IMG/VR virus record: IMGVR_UViG_3300024269_004845
Reading direction: 5' to 3' (one strand)
Source: a virus
Lineage: Duplodnaviria; Caudoviricetes
Length of the DNA stretch: 64,000 nt
Numbering within the stretch: position 1 is the first letter of the stretch; each line of letters starts with the position of its first letter. The notes beneath the pieces were generated by a model. That model worked only from the letters and a program-made list of their open reading frames with translations, did not search any database and was not told where the DNA came from. This document shows positions 9,960 to 19,276 of the stretch, piece by piece. The translations under genes and the position numbers were made by a program.

Positions 9960-10787
9960 TTATTTTCTAGGTTTGCGAACACTCTTATCAGAATCCCAAA
10001 CAGATACATTCTGTTTCTTTTGCTGAGAGTTTTGGTTTTTATTTTTAGTGTGATTGTTGGATTCCTTTTTAGGCGTTCTTTGAGTATCAGTCTGTACTCG
10101 ACTTGCAGGCTTTGTATATGGCTTATAGGCACTGCCATTATAGGTTGCGGGAGCCATATTAGGCATTCTCTTGCTTGTCTGTACATATTGAGTATTCTGT
10201 GCGTCTTCCGTAATTGGGATATCGGGAATTTGATTTGTAAGATTTTTTACCTTGTAGTGGTATTCCTTAATTGCAATATCTTTGGGGTATAAGAGCAATA
10301 CAGAAGGAAGAATTACTAAAATTATGCCAACAATCAAAATAGGGATTGTTATAGACTGTAAAGCTAAAATAAATAGGCCTTTGAAATCCCAAGAATTATT
10401 GATTAGATAAATCGCCATAGCTCCTAAAAATCGAGTCATTCCAGTATACATAATAATACAAAGAGAAATTAGACCGATTTTGTTGAGTTTTCTAGATTCG
10501 CTTGCAACTTCTTTAATTGTTGCTCGTCTTATCATTGGAACAATTCCACATCTTAAAACGATAAAGGATAGAGTCAAAAAGAAGTCAATTACAAGCCATC
10601 CATTATTTAAATATCCGTCATTTAACATTAATAGGCTCGATAGCACACCGAACAAAATACCAATTCTGGAGGTTGCATGGACGGCATTTACCAGACGAGG
10701 CTGGGAGTACGGCCAATTATATGTTTTTGAATTACTCTGTACATATTGAGGATTAAGATTTCTTTCCGCTAAATTACTCTTCTGCAC
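9960..10787 (-). CDS. Four-TM membrane protein with polar C-terminal tail
   Basis: Four hydrophobic segments; RBS AGGAGG; GTG start. Confidence 0.7.
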   Translation of the reverse strand: MQKSNLAERNLNPQYVQSNSKTYNWPYSQPRLVNAVHATSRIGILFGVLSSLLMLNDGYLNNGWLVIDFFLTLSFIVLRCGIVPMIRRATIKEVASESRKLNKIGLISLCIIMYTGMTRFLGAMAIYLINNSWDFKGLFILALQSITIPILIVGIILVILPSVLLLYPKDIAIKEYHYKVKNLTNQIPDIPITEDAQNTQYVQTSKRMPNMAPATYNGSAYKPYTKPASRVQTDTQRTPKKESNNHTKNKNQNSQQKKQNVSVWDSDKSVRKPRK

Positions 10788-10924
10788 TTCCGAGTCCTCC
10801 TTTACTTACTTAATTACAAATATATAATAACATATTTTTAAAAGAATATCAAGTCTTTTCTATTGATTTTTTTAAAAAAATGTGATATGATATAATAAAT
10901 ATATTGATTGCGGGAGGTAAATCC

Positions 10925-11530
10925 GTGGAGATAATTGCTTTGGGAGCTGGAGTATTATTATATCAAATATTCTGGTACTTGTTTATAAAAGACTTTAAAG
11001 TAAAAAATATGTGGTACATAATATCTGTTGCTTTAACATTTGTTATTTTGGGAGGGTATTATTATTTCCACAATGGGATTGGGATTGAATTATTACCATA
11101 TGCTTTAAATTTAGTAATTTTGATAAATTTATCAATTATTGATTGCGAATATTTTGAAATATCTGGCAAGAGCTATTGGTATTTATTTTTCCCGACAATT
11201 GCTATTCTTATACTTAATTATCCAATAATGCTAGAGCATTTAATATCTTTTATAATAATCTTTTCAATATTTTGGATAATAGATAAGATAGTGGGGGTAG
11301 AAAAAATAGGTGGAGCGGATGTAAAGATATTAATGATATTGGCATTAACGGTATCATTTTTTGATTCCATTACACTACTTGGATTATCTTTTGTATTTGA
11401 TGTATTCTTTTTTATGGTGAAATTTCCAATAGATAAAATACGTGGGAAGACTGAGAGAACAAAAATACCAATGATTGTGTCTATAACTCTTGCCTGGATA
11501 ATTGCTTCTCTGATGAATTTTACAATATAA
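10925..11530 (+). CDS. A24 prepilin peptidase (TadV/CpaA-like)
   Basis: Polytopic; SIIDCE and GGADVK catalytic Asp motifs; KIPM near C-terminus. Confidence 0.75.
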   Translation: MEIIALGAGVLLYQIFWYLFIKDFKVKNMWYIISVALTFVILGGYYYFHNGIGIELLPYALNLVILINLSIIDCEYFEISGKSYWYLFFPTIAILILNYPIMLEHLISFIIIFSIFWIIDKIVGVEKIGGADVKILMILALTVSFFDSITLLGLSFVFDVFFFMVKFPIDKIRGKTERTKIPMIVSITLAWIIASLMNFTI

Positions 11531-11534
11531 AAAT

Positions 11535-11564
11535 AAAACCCTGGAGAATATTCTCCAGGGTTTT
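11535..11564. terminator. Bidirectional terminator, perfect 30-bp palindrome
   Basis: AAAACCCTGGAGAAT|ATTCTCCAGGGTTTT. Confidence 0.8.
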
Positions 11565-11578
11565 TGTTATTGAAAAAA

Positions 11579-11767
11579 TTAGGCAAAAGAAACATTTGAA
11601 AATTCGCCTGCAAAATAGGTACAAACAACATATGCAGAATTACCAACTGGCAAATCTCTGTCAGACTTTATGACTATCATTCTTCTATTTGGCATCCTTA
11701 TAAAATATTCAAAACCCTTTTCAAGTGGTTTTTTACTTATGATTTCAACTTTTCGAATATCATTCAT
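11579..11767 (-). CDS. Small hypothetical protein (62 aa)
   Basis: RBS AAGGAG before ATG 11767; ends at the terminator. Confidence 0.55.
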   Translation of the reverse strand: MNDIRKVEIISKKPLEKGFEYFIRMPNRRMIVIKSDRDLPVGNSAYVVCTYFAGEFSNVSFA

Positions 11768-11893
11768 AATAAAAACTCCTTTTCTCAATATCTGTAATTA
11801 TTATATTTTGTATTCTTTGAAAGTATAATTAAAATAATATATAAGGAATTTTTTAAGTTTGTCTAATAAAGTAATAAAAGGAGATGATAGAGG

Positions 11894-12529
11894 ATGAATA
11901 TAAAACGAATATCTCTGATTTTTATGATAATAATATTAAGTATCGTATTTTCGATTAATGCAGCCGCTACTTGCGGAGGAGCTATGTCAGAAGCTGAAAG
12001 TTATTACAGCGTTTATAATGTAAAAATAGATATTTTAGCTGCTGGGCCAAAATATCCAGATGTGGGACAAAGTGAAATAAGCGAGGTAGACTCTGCATGG
12101 AGCCATTCTACTGGGAAAACTGCATCAAACACAAGCAAAAATGATTTTGGTTACGCTATTACATACGTAATGGAAAATGGAACAATTTGTAACTTATATG
12201 CGGAGTCTGTTCCAGATAATTTTGGTATTTGGAACACGGATATTGTTATTAATGATGGGCGAGTAGTTGTTACTGGAGTAGATGGTGATGACCAAAGTGC
12301 GTGGAATTTGATTTATAGTAAGTACAAAGGAGTAATCGTAGGAATTGCAGGATTAGGTACCATTACTTGTGTTTTAGCATTTGTAATATTCTTTATGAAA
12401 ATGGGAGCTACATCTGGCAATCCTGCAGAGCGCTCTAAGTGTTTAACTATGCTTCTGTTTACAGGCGCTGGTGCTGCTGGGTTGGGTGCTGTAACATTGA
12501 TTTTCGGATTCTTCTGGAATCTAATATAA
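11894..12529 (+). CDS. Exported protein with C-terminal VirB2/TrbC-like pilin hairpin
   Basis: Signal peptide; two C-terminal TMs separated by GATSGNPAERSK, resembling Gram-positive conjugative pilins. Confidence 0.55.
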   Translation: MNIKRISLIFMIIILSIVFSINAAATCGGAMSEAESYYSVYNVKIDILAAGPKYPDVGQSEISEVDSAWSHSTGKTASNTSKNDFGYAITYVMENGTICNLYAESVPDNFGIWNTDIVINDGRVVVTGVDGDDQSAWNLIYSKYKGVIVGIAGLGTITCVLAFVIFFMKMGATSGNPAERSKCLTMLLFTGAGAAGLGAVTLIFGFFWNLI

Positions 12530-12661
12530 AAAAGAAAAGACTTGAACGGCTGTTCAAGTCTTTTTTGTTTTGCTCCCGCCCACAAACAAAACGTGATACA
12601 TGCCAACACACAGTCCAAGTATCCCCATCATAATTTATATTCTTTACCATTGTTAATCTAT
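12527..12661 (-). ncRNA. Candidate ~130-nt small RNA
   Basis: TATAAT at 12668-12673 (-); two hairpins closed by G-U pairs only on the minus strand; ends in terminator 12535-12564. Confidence 0.35.
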
Positions 12662-12788
12662 ATATAAATTATATGAAGCTTTTCGATATAATATAATTAT
12701 TGTATTAACTGCTTTTTATTGATTTTTTTATGACAAATAAAATATGATAATATTAAGTTTTAGTATATTTGGCTAAGGAGGTTTTTCG

Positions 12789-15017
12789 ATGAACGAAAAT
12801 ATGAAAATACTTTCTGAGATAGCAAATGAATTTTTAGCTTCTGGAGATATTTATGACTTAGATAAAAATAAGAGTGAAATTTTATTTCCATTCTTTGAAG
12901 AAATCTTGGGCTATGATGCACTTGCTGTCGGAGATATAGTAGTTGCCCCTGCGTATACATCTGATGGTACGTATAAACTAGATTATGGATTAAGAAGCAA
13001 TACTCCTGGTGTTTATAAAAGCTGTTTTAAAGTTATAAATAGGGGCGAAAAATTTGAAGACCATGTTCAAAATATTAAAAAGTGTTTGGTCATGGCAGAA
13101 ACAGAATTTGTTGTTGTTACGGACTGTTTCGAATATAAATTTTATGCATATGACGATACAAGAGAAGATATCATAGATATTGGTTTCTATTCTTTAATTA
13201 ATCCCGAAGAGTGCGATTATGGTTTAATTCCATTGATTGAATGTCCAAAAGAAAGAACTCCAAAGCAGGAGTTTGCAGTTAGAGATGATGAACCAGAAGA
13301 CGCTGGATTGAATATTGTTGAAGAACCATATGAACCACCTGTTATTCCAAAGAAAAAGGCTGCGCCAAAGAAGAAGAAAAAAACAGACAAGAAAATATTT
13401 ATTATTGGTGGAGTAATTATTGCTTTGTTAGTATTAATTATAATTCTTGCATTTGCAACTAGGGATGAAGAAGGTAATTTCTTTAGCGAGTTCCCATTAA
13501 TTGGCAGTCAAAGCGGAATAGAAAAAGGGCAATTAGATGGTAAGCTGACAATAGATGTTAGTATGGATTCTGTTGTTTCTATGGGGATATATTCTAGAAA
13601 TATTCCTGCTGGCGGGGTTATTAAATTTGAATTAACATCTGGGACTTATCAAGATGCTGTTTATGGCAGTATTGGCAATGACGGTAATGCATATGCAAGT
13701 TTTACGATTCCTGCTTTTTGGGATGAAGAAACTATAACCGTAATTGCTTATTTAAGATTTGATGAGGGTAGCTATGCTCAGCCTAGCAATATAAAAGCTG
13801 AATTTGGAGAAATTGGTGAAAAAATTATTGGCAAAGAAGGGGCTCCCGATAAATTTGCTATAACTTATGGAACCATTACTCATAATAGCCAGGCTGTAAA
13901 AGATAAGCTAGCTGCTGAATTATTAGAAAAAGAAAAGAGAGAAAGAGCTGAAAGGCTTAAAGTTTTTGGGGCTTTGAACATTCGGGTTGATAGTATTGGA
14001 AACTGGAAAATATTACCTGCAGAATATGATATGAATGAGTCTAACATTACAAAGAGTGTAAATATTTATCCTCAAGTATTCTATAATGCATCTGAAAATG
14101 CTCCTTACTTCTATTTAGTTTGTGGGGACCTAAAAGCTAATCCAATATTATTCACTGATATTATCTTCTATGCAGACGGTTATCAGTGGGCTTATGAAAT
14201 TCCTAATGACATTAAAGAAGTTTCAGTAAATAATGGCGTTTGGAAAGAATGGGCATATTTAGATAACTACGATTTCCCTGATATTGTTGATAAGGCAAAA
14301 CTTTTGGGAAGCTCTGATGTAAGCAAAATTACATTTAAGGGAAATCAGATAGTTGAGCATGTACTATCTCAGGGAGAAAAGAATAATATTCTTACAATGA
14401 TTGGTGCATATAGTACTTATTTCAATATCGGAAGCGCTCCTAAATCTGAGTGGTATGTTGAGTATATGGAAAGCAAAAATCCAAATAGTAATAAAGACAA
14501 CCAAAGTGGTAGTACAAATATAAGTTCTAATATAGCTTTAAATTATATTAAAAAGCCTGTATCCGTATTTGAAAGAGAAAGCGCTGCAGAGAAAGAATTA
14601 AATACTTTATTATTAGATATTCAAAACAAGAGATTACAGGGGCAAACCGTAAGCGCTGCCGAAGAAGCTCAATTAGAAATTTATATGAATAGATATAAGG
14701 TTTTAAGTGAAGAACTAATTGAAAAACTGTTTTCAGAAATTGTGATAGCTCAAGGAACATTAACTGAAGAACCTGAGTTTGATAAATTGGATAGTGGATA
14801 CTACAAGTTCTATTTTGAATACAATACTCCTTCTGCGAAAATTGAAAATGGGTATTTAAGTGAGTTGTATTTACTGCCTAATCAAACAGTTTATATTCCT
14901 ATTAAAAGTGTAATAACTCCTGAAGATAAGGCTTATGCTTCATTTAAGATGAGTAATCAAACGTATAAAGATTTATTATATTTCATATCTACAACTGATT
15001 ACGATATTGTTTCATAA
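12789..15017 (+). CDS. Single-pass membrane protein with degenerate HsdR-N-like cytoplasmic domain and large external region
   Basis: LFPFFEEILGYD...KLDYGL...VVTDCFEYKFY; Lys-rich stretch then TM at ~aa 203-223. Confidence 0.6.
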   Translation: MNENMKILSEIANEFLASGDIYDLDKNKSEILFPFFEEILGYDALAVGDIVVAPAYTSDGTYKLDYGLRSNTPGVYKSCFKVINRGEKFEDHVQNIKKCLVMAETEFVVVTDCFEYKFYAYDDTREDIIDIGFYSLINPEECDYGLIPLIECPKERTPKQEFAVRDDEPEDAGLNIVEEPYEPPVIPKKKAAPKKKKKTDKKIFIIGGVIIALLVLIIILAFATRDEEGNFFSEFPLIGSQSGIEKGQLDGKLTIDVSMDSVVSMGIYSRNIPAGGVIKFELTSGTYQDAVYGSIGNDGNAYASFTIPAFWDEETITVIAYLRFDEGSYAQPSNIKAEFGEIGEKIIGKEGAPDKFAITYGTITHNSQAVKDKLAAELLEKEKRERAERLKVFGALNIRVDSIGNWKILPAEYDMNESNITKSVNIYPQVFYNASENAPYFYLVCGDLKANPILFTDIIFYADGYQWAYEIPNDIKEVSVNNGVWKEWAYLDNYDFPDIVDKAKLLGSSDVSKITFKGNQIVEHVLSQGEKNNILTMIGAYSTYFNIGSAPKSEWYVEYMESKNPNSNKDNQSGSTNISSNIALNYIKKPVSVFERESAAEKELNTLLLDIQNKRLQGQTVSAAEEAQLEIYMNRYKVLSEELIEKLFSEIVIAQGTLTEEPEFDKLDSGYYKFYFEYNTPSAKIENGYLSELYLLPNQTVYIPIKSVITPEDKAYASFKMSNQTYKDLLYFISTTDYDIVS

Positions 15018-15019
15018 AA

Positions 15020-15056
15020 AACAAAAATACCAGCGATTATCGCTGGTATTTTTGTT
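15020..15056. terminator. Bidirectional terminator
   Basis: AACAAAAATACCAGCGAT-T-ATCGCTGGTATTTTTGTT. Confidence 0.8.
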
Positions 15057-15062
15057 ATTCAA

Positions 15063-16142
15063 TTAATATCTAACTATAGTATATTCATCTTTGATTAATA
15101 CTATTAATGCATTTAAATATTCAAATGCCATAGAGTTTTCATATCTCTGCAAATAATATCTTGTTGCGGATAAATATTTGTTTTCTCTCATTCCTCGAGC
15201 TTTTAATGATGCGTCTGCTTTCAGAACAAGGTTTGTACCTATTCCATTTTTGTTGGTAATGAGAGTTTCTATAGTCTGAAAATCTCTGATTTTTAATAAT
15301 TCTGCAATATCCAATATTTGTATCAATGCACTTTTGACTAGCACTTGAGAATCTGTAGAAAGTTCAGACACCTTACTAAATAATTCGAGATAATTAGTTC
15401 TTGTTTTTTCAAGTGAAATATCTTCTGGGTCAGCCAAAAATTTAAGTTTTTTTGTGCTTGCAGTATAAGTGTTTATCATCTTAGATAATTCATCTTTAAG
15501 ATTATACTTATCAACATCAATATTTTTTACATATTGGTTAATTGGAAGTGTGGTGTCAGAATTTAAGTATTCTTCCTTAAGCTTTTTTACATTTTCTTTT
15601 ATGTCTTCATTATTAAATGTTTTTGTATCTTCAGGGGTAACTCTATTAAAAGAAGACAAATATTCTGGGATAAAATGTTCGAAATTTTCAAAATCAAACT
15701 GTGGTTTATTTTTCTCAACTGGCTTTGTTGGGGTTTTATTGAATTGGATTACGATATTTTGTCCATTTGCGGGGATATTAACAGAAGATGATACTTGCCA
15801 TCCATCCTTCACTTTGGTTACTAAGTTTTTTGCTTGTAGTTCAGTCATAATATTTGCGAGCATATTTCTAGAGATTTGAAGGTCATTGATAATCGTATCA
15901 TATGTTCCAACGTAAACACCCTCATCGTTTGAATGGTTAAGCAAATACAGTAAAATGTCAATGCTTTTATCATTTAGGTTTGTAGCTAAAGACAAATATG
16001 TCTTTAAAAAGCCGTTTGGTGAAAAATTTTTCTGAATGACCGTGGGAGAAGCAATCAGATTTTTGGTTAGATTTGCAAAATTATTAAAGAATGTTTCGTC
16101 AATACCTTCAAGTAGAGAATTATAAAAGTCATTATTATTCAT
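15063..16142 (-). CDS. Winged-HTH protein, RepL-like N-terminal domain
   Basis: IDILLYLL...GTYDTIINDLQISRNMLANIMTELQAKNLV resembles the Firmicute plasmid RepL wHTH. Confidence 0.5.
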   Translation of the reverse strand: MNNNDFYNSLLEGIDETFFNNFANLTKNLIASPTVIQKNFSPNGFLKTYLSLATNLNDKSIDILLYLLNHSNDEGVYVGTYDTIINDLQISRNMLANIMTELQAKNLVTKVKDGWQVSSSVNIPANGQNIVIQFNKTPTKPVEKNKPQFDFENFEHFIPEYLSSFNRVTPEDTKTFNNEDIKENVKKLKEEYLNSDTTLPINQYVKNIDVDKYNLKDELSKMINTYTASTKKLKFLADPEDISLEKTRTNYLELFSKVSELSTDSQVLVKSALIQILDIAELLKIRDFQTIETLITNKNGIGTNLVLKADASLKARGMRENKYLSATRYYLQRYENSMAFEYLNALIVLIKDEYTIVRY

Positions 16143-16204
16143 TGTGAATACTCCTTTACATTTTAGTTTATTTTTTATATACTATATAGTATCATACAGT
16201 ATTC

Positions 16205-16252
16205 TTTTTTAAAACTAAAAAATGCTCGAGAGTTTATTTTTTAAAACTAAAA
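16205..16252. repeat. 16-bp direct repeat x2, 32-bp period
   Basis: TTTTTTAAAACTAAAA at 16205 and 16237; inverted core at 16161-16169. Confidence 0.6.
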
Positions 16253-16257
16253 CAGAA

Positions 16258-16287
16258 AAAGACCTGAATCGAATGATTCAGGTCTTT
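16258..16287 (-). terminator. Terminator after the sigma gene
   Basis: AAAGACCTGAATC/GATTCAGGTCTTT. Confidence 0.7.
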
Positions 16288-16290
16288 CTT

Positions 16291-17238
16291 TTAGAGAATT
16301 TCGCGGAGAGCTTTCTTGGCTGCAGGGGTCTGCAGCTTTTCAAGGGCCTTCTTGTAGAGCTGACCGATACGCTGCTTAGAAACACCATATCTTTCTGCCA
16401 GTTCATCAAAGGTTTCCTTCTGGCCACAGAAGCCAAAATGGCAGGCGAGAATATCGGTTTCTCGGTCGGTGCAATGCTGCTTAATAAGTCTGAGGATACA
16501 CTGGGTACGTTCGTCCTTAAGGTAGTTACCTTCGACGTCCTCATTCTCATCTACAACCGTCTTTCCGATAGAATCCTTATCGTCGTTGCCTTCGTAATCG
16601 AGGCTCAGAACTTCGGAATTCTTCTTCGCGGCCATGGCTTTCTTGATGTCAGAAACCTTTAGGCCCGTTGCCTTAGCCAAATCCTTATCGGTGTATTCGA
16701 TATTGGCAAGTTCAAATTCGCGCTGTGCGTTATTGATTTTGCCAATCATCTCAACCATATATACAGGAAGTCTCATTGCAGAGGTATTTTCCTGCAGACA
16801 GCGCCTTACGGTAGCAGTACACCACCATGTAGCGTATGTACCGAAGGTGTAGCCCTTAGCGGGGTCAAAGCGGTCCACGGCCTTTACAAGGCCCAGATTG
16901 CTTTCCTGGACGAGGTCCAGAAGAGGTACGCCTCGGTTCTGATACTTCTTGGCGATGCAAAAGGCTAGACGTAGGTTATGCTGAATAACCTTATTCTTTG
17001 CCTCTGCTGTGCCCTCCTTGATGAGTGCGGCAACTTCCTGCTTAGAAAGCAGAGGATACCGTCCGATTTCTCTCAGGTAGGACTTAACAGCATCTACGCT
17101 GTAAGAGTCGGCTACAATCTCTTCGGACATTTCTTCCTCAGAGACTTCTTCTACACTGTCGAGATTCATCTCATCGTCAGTGGTTTCCATAATGTCCTTT
17201 GCCATCTCTTCGATGTCATAGTTAGCTTTTCGGCTCAT
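16291..17238 (-). CDS. RNA polymerase sigma-70 family factor (RpoD/RpoS-like, no full region 1.1)
   Basis: Region 1.2 YLREIGRYPLLS; region 2 NLRL..IAKKYQNRG..LLDLVQE..GL.KAVDRFDP.KGY.F.TYATWW; region 4 HTH. Confidence 0.92.
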   Translation of the reverse strand: MSRKANYDIEEMAKDIMETTDDEMNLDSVEEVSEEEMSEEIVADSYSVDAVKSYLREIGRYPLLSKQEVAALIKEGTAEAKNKVIQHNLRLAFCIAKKYQNRGVPLLDLVQESNLGLVKAVDRFDPAKGYTFGTYATWWCTATVRRCLQENTSAMRLPVYMVEMIGKINNAQREFELANIEYTDKDLAKATGLKVSDIKKAMAAKKNSEVLSLDYEGNDDKDSIGKTVVDENEDVEGNYLKDERTQCILRLIKQHCTDRETDILACHFGFCGQKETFDELAERYGVSKQRIGQLYKKALEKLQTPAAKKALREIL

Positions 17239-17270
17239 ATTTTTTCCTCCTTGTTTTTTTCCTTTGTTTT

Positions 17271-17936
17271 TTATTCATCTGCTACAGAGTTCTTAGCAAG
17301 GCTAAGAATCATATCCACTACGTCACGGTGGTCGAGCAGAGTGGGGTATGGACGAATTTTGAAAGACATTGCTTTCTTGATTGGGATGCCACCTGCATCA
17401 CGCCAAGCATTTAGATTGCCTTTCCAGTCGTCAATAAGAAAGGCACGCTTAAGAGAATTAAGCTGAGTTTTCTTCATTGCATACTCTGCTTTGTTGTCTC
17501 CTACATTGCAGAAAAGCATTTGCTTGTTTGTGATGAAAGGCATATGTTCTTTCAGTGCAGCTTTCTTTTCATCTTTACAATGTGCAGTTTGTACACATGC
17601 AGACAGAATGAAAATACGCACACCAATCAACTGCAACGCCTCATAAATTGCGATGTTCTTCATCGGGTCCAGATTTCTGTAAAAACCTTCATCAAACATT
17701 CTTTCAAGGACGTCTACGTCATTGGATTTCCCGTAGGAAAATCTGAATAACGTATTATCCATATCCAAGAACACTGTAACGTTGGATATCCAACTTTGGT
17801 TTGCGATAATCTGTGCGACGAACTGAGATTTGTCGATGGGTTTGTATATGCCAAAAACGACAGAAATTCTATCAAGAACATCATATTTTGCCAAAATATC
17901 GTATGCCCGCTCAAACTTTTTAGTTTGAATTACCAT
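17271..17936 (-). CDS. HAD-family 5'(3')-deoxyribonucleotidase-like protein
   Basis: FLDMDNTL motif I, ILSA, K, LIDDW..NL..W. Confidence 0.75.
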   Translation of the reverse strand: MVIQTKKFERAYDILAKYDVLDRISVVFGIYKPIDKSQFVAQIIANQSWISNVTVFLDMDNTLFRFSYGKSNDVDVLERMFDEGFYRNLDPMKNIAIYEALQLIGVRIFILSACVQTAHCKDEKKAALKEHMPFITNKQMLFCNVGDNKAEYAMKKTQLNSLKRAFLIDDWKGNLNAWRDAGGIPIKKAMSFKIRPYPTLLDHRDVVDMILSLAKNSVADE

Positions 17937-17969
17937 TTCTTTTTCCTCCCTTTGTGTATTCTTATTTAT

Positions 17970-17998
17970 ATTATATCATATTTCAAAACAAAATACAA
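17970..17998 (-). promoter_or_regulatory. sigmaA-type promoter of the HAD-sigma operon
   Basis: TTGTAT-17-TATAAT with extended TG. Confidence 0.6.
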
Positions 17999-18052
17999 TA
18001 TTAAAAATATAAAAACCTTCTCAGTTAAGAGAAGGTTTTTTCGTTTAATATG

Positions 18053-19132
18053 TTATTTTATTCTAATATGGCCGCCACGCTTATTTAACATAATTAGTGA
18101 TGCGACAACGAAAATTATACAAATAGGTACAATTGTTAGGATAAGAAGCGTTGATGTATTTATTTTTGAAAATTCGATATTTATTTCAGCATTTCCTGTT
18201 ACATCATATGTGAAAATATCTCCTGTATACATAGAAACGGAATCGGTTGCTTCTTCAGGCATTATTATTTTTAAAATAACATTATCTATTGATTCTGATT
18301 CTACAAATTTACCAGTAACCGTCATTGATTTTGTTAATGACTTTTGGGAATCAATTTGAAGATTTCCTATTACATTAAAATATCTTCCAAGATTTAGATT
18401 AAACAGATTGTTGAATCCTCCTAAATCGGAATAAGATTCTTCGATTACTATATTATCACTACTTTGGCTTACGACATTAAAGCCTTCTTTTGCATAAGCT
18501 TCAGCGGACATATCTTTCATTCTACCGCTAGAGGTTTTAATAGCATATGTAACATGCACTGTTTTATAATTGTTTTGAGGTTCAATTCTAATTTCTAAAG
18601 AATCTGCGGTGGTTGTTCCATATTCTAAAGAGAGGGGGATATCTGAAGGGGTTATTTGTGCCTCAGAAACATATTCGCTATTGTTATAGGAAAATGTACC
18701 ATCCATAAATATATTTATATTTTTATCAAAATTTTCACCCGTTAAATAAATAGAAGTTCTTCCTCCGAAAGGATATCCATAAAACGAAGACTCAAGGTTT
18801 ATATTTTTACTTTTCAATTCATTAGCTATTTCAGGATGATATTGTTCTAAAGCTTGAATTAATACATCAAAATCTTCTTTGAATTCTTCTTGAATATTTG
18901 CATTAGAAACAGTTATTCTTAATAGAATATTATCGTCCGATTCCATAATTTTAATTTCATCAGATAGACTATTTAAAAAATTTTTACTTAGGTCTCCTTT
19001 TTTAAAAATAATGTCTATTTCAGTTGTTTGAACATTTTTTATATTTACATTTACCTCTTCATAGGCATATACTGGAAGTGATAAGGTAAATAGCATTAAA
19101 CATATTGTTAAAAGGGAAAATAGTTTCTTCAT
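18053..19132 (-). CDS. Exported protein with C-terminal membrane anchor
   Basis: Signal peptide ending VYA; C-terminal TM + basic tail; terminator at 18011-18040. Confidence 0.7.
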   Translation of the reverse strand: MKKLFSLLTICLMLFTLSLPVYAYEEVNVNIKNVQTTEIDIIFKKGDLSKNFLNSLSDEIKIMESDDNILLRITVSNANIQEEFKEDFDVLIQALEQYHPEIANELKSKNINLESSFYGYPFGGRTSIYLTGENFDKNINIFMDGTFSYNNSEYVSEAQITPSDIPLSLEYGTTTADSLEIRIEPQNNYKTVHVTYAIKTSSGRMKDMSAEAYAKEGFNVVSQSSDNIVIEESYSDLGGFNNLFNLNLGRYFNVIGNLQIDSQKSLTKSMTVTGKFVESESIDNVILKIIMPEEATDSVSMYTGDIFTYDVTGNAEINIEFSKINTSTLLILTIVPICIIFVVASLIMLNKRGGHIRIK

Positions 19133-19276
19133 TGAAAATTCCTCCTTAATTCTAAACTAAAATCATTTTATATATTATATTTTAGTAGTATCGGTTATAT
19201 TGTTATTTTTTGTTTTAATTATTTTTGTAAATTAATATAATAAAACAAAAATATCCTTTAAGTTAGGAGTGGTCAA

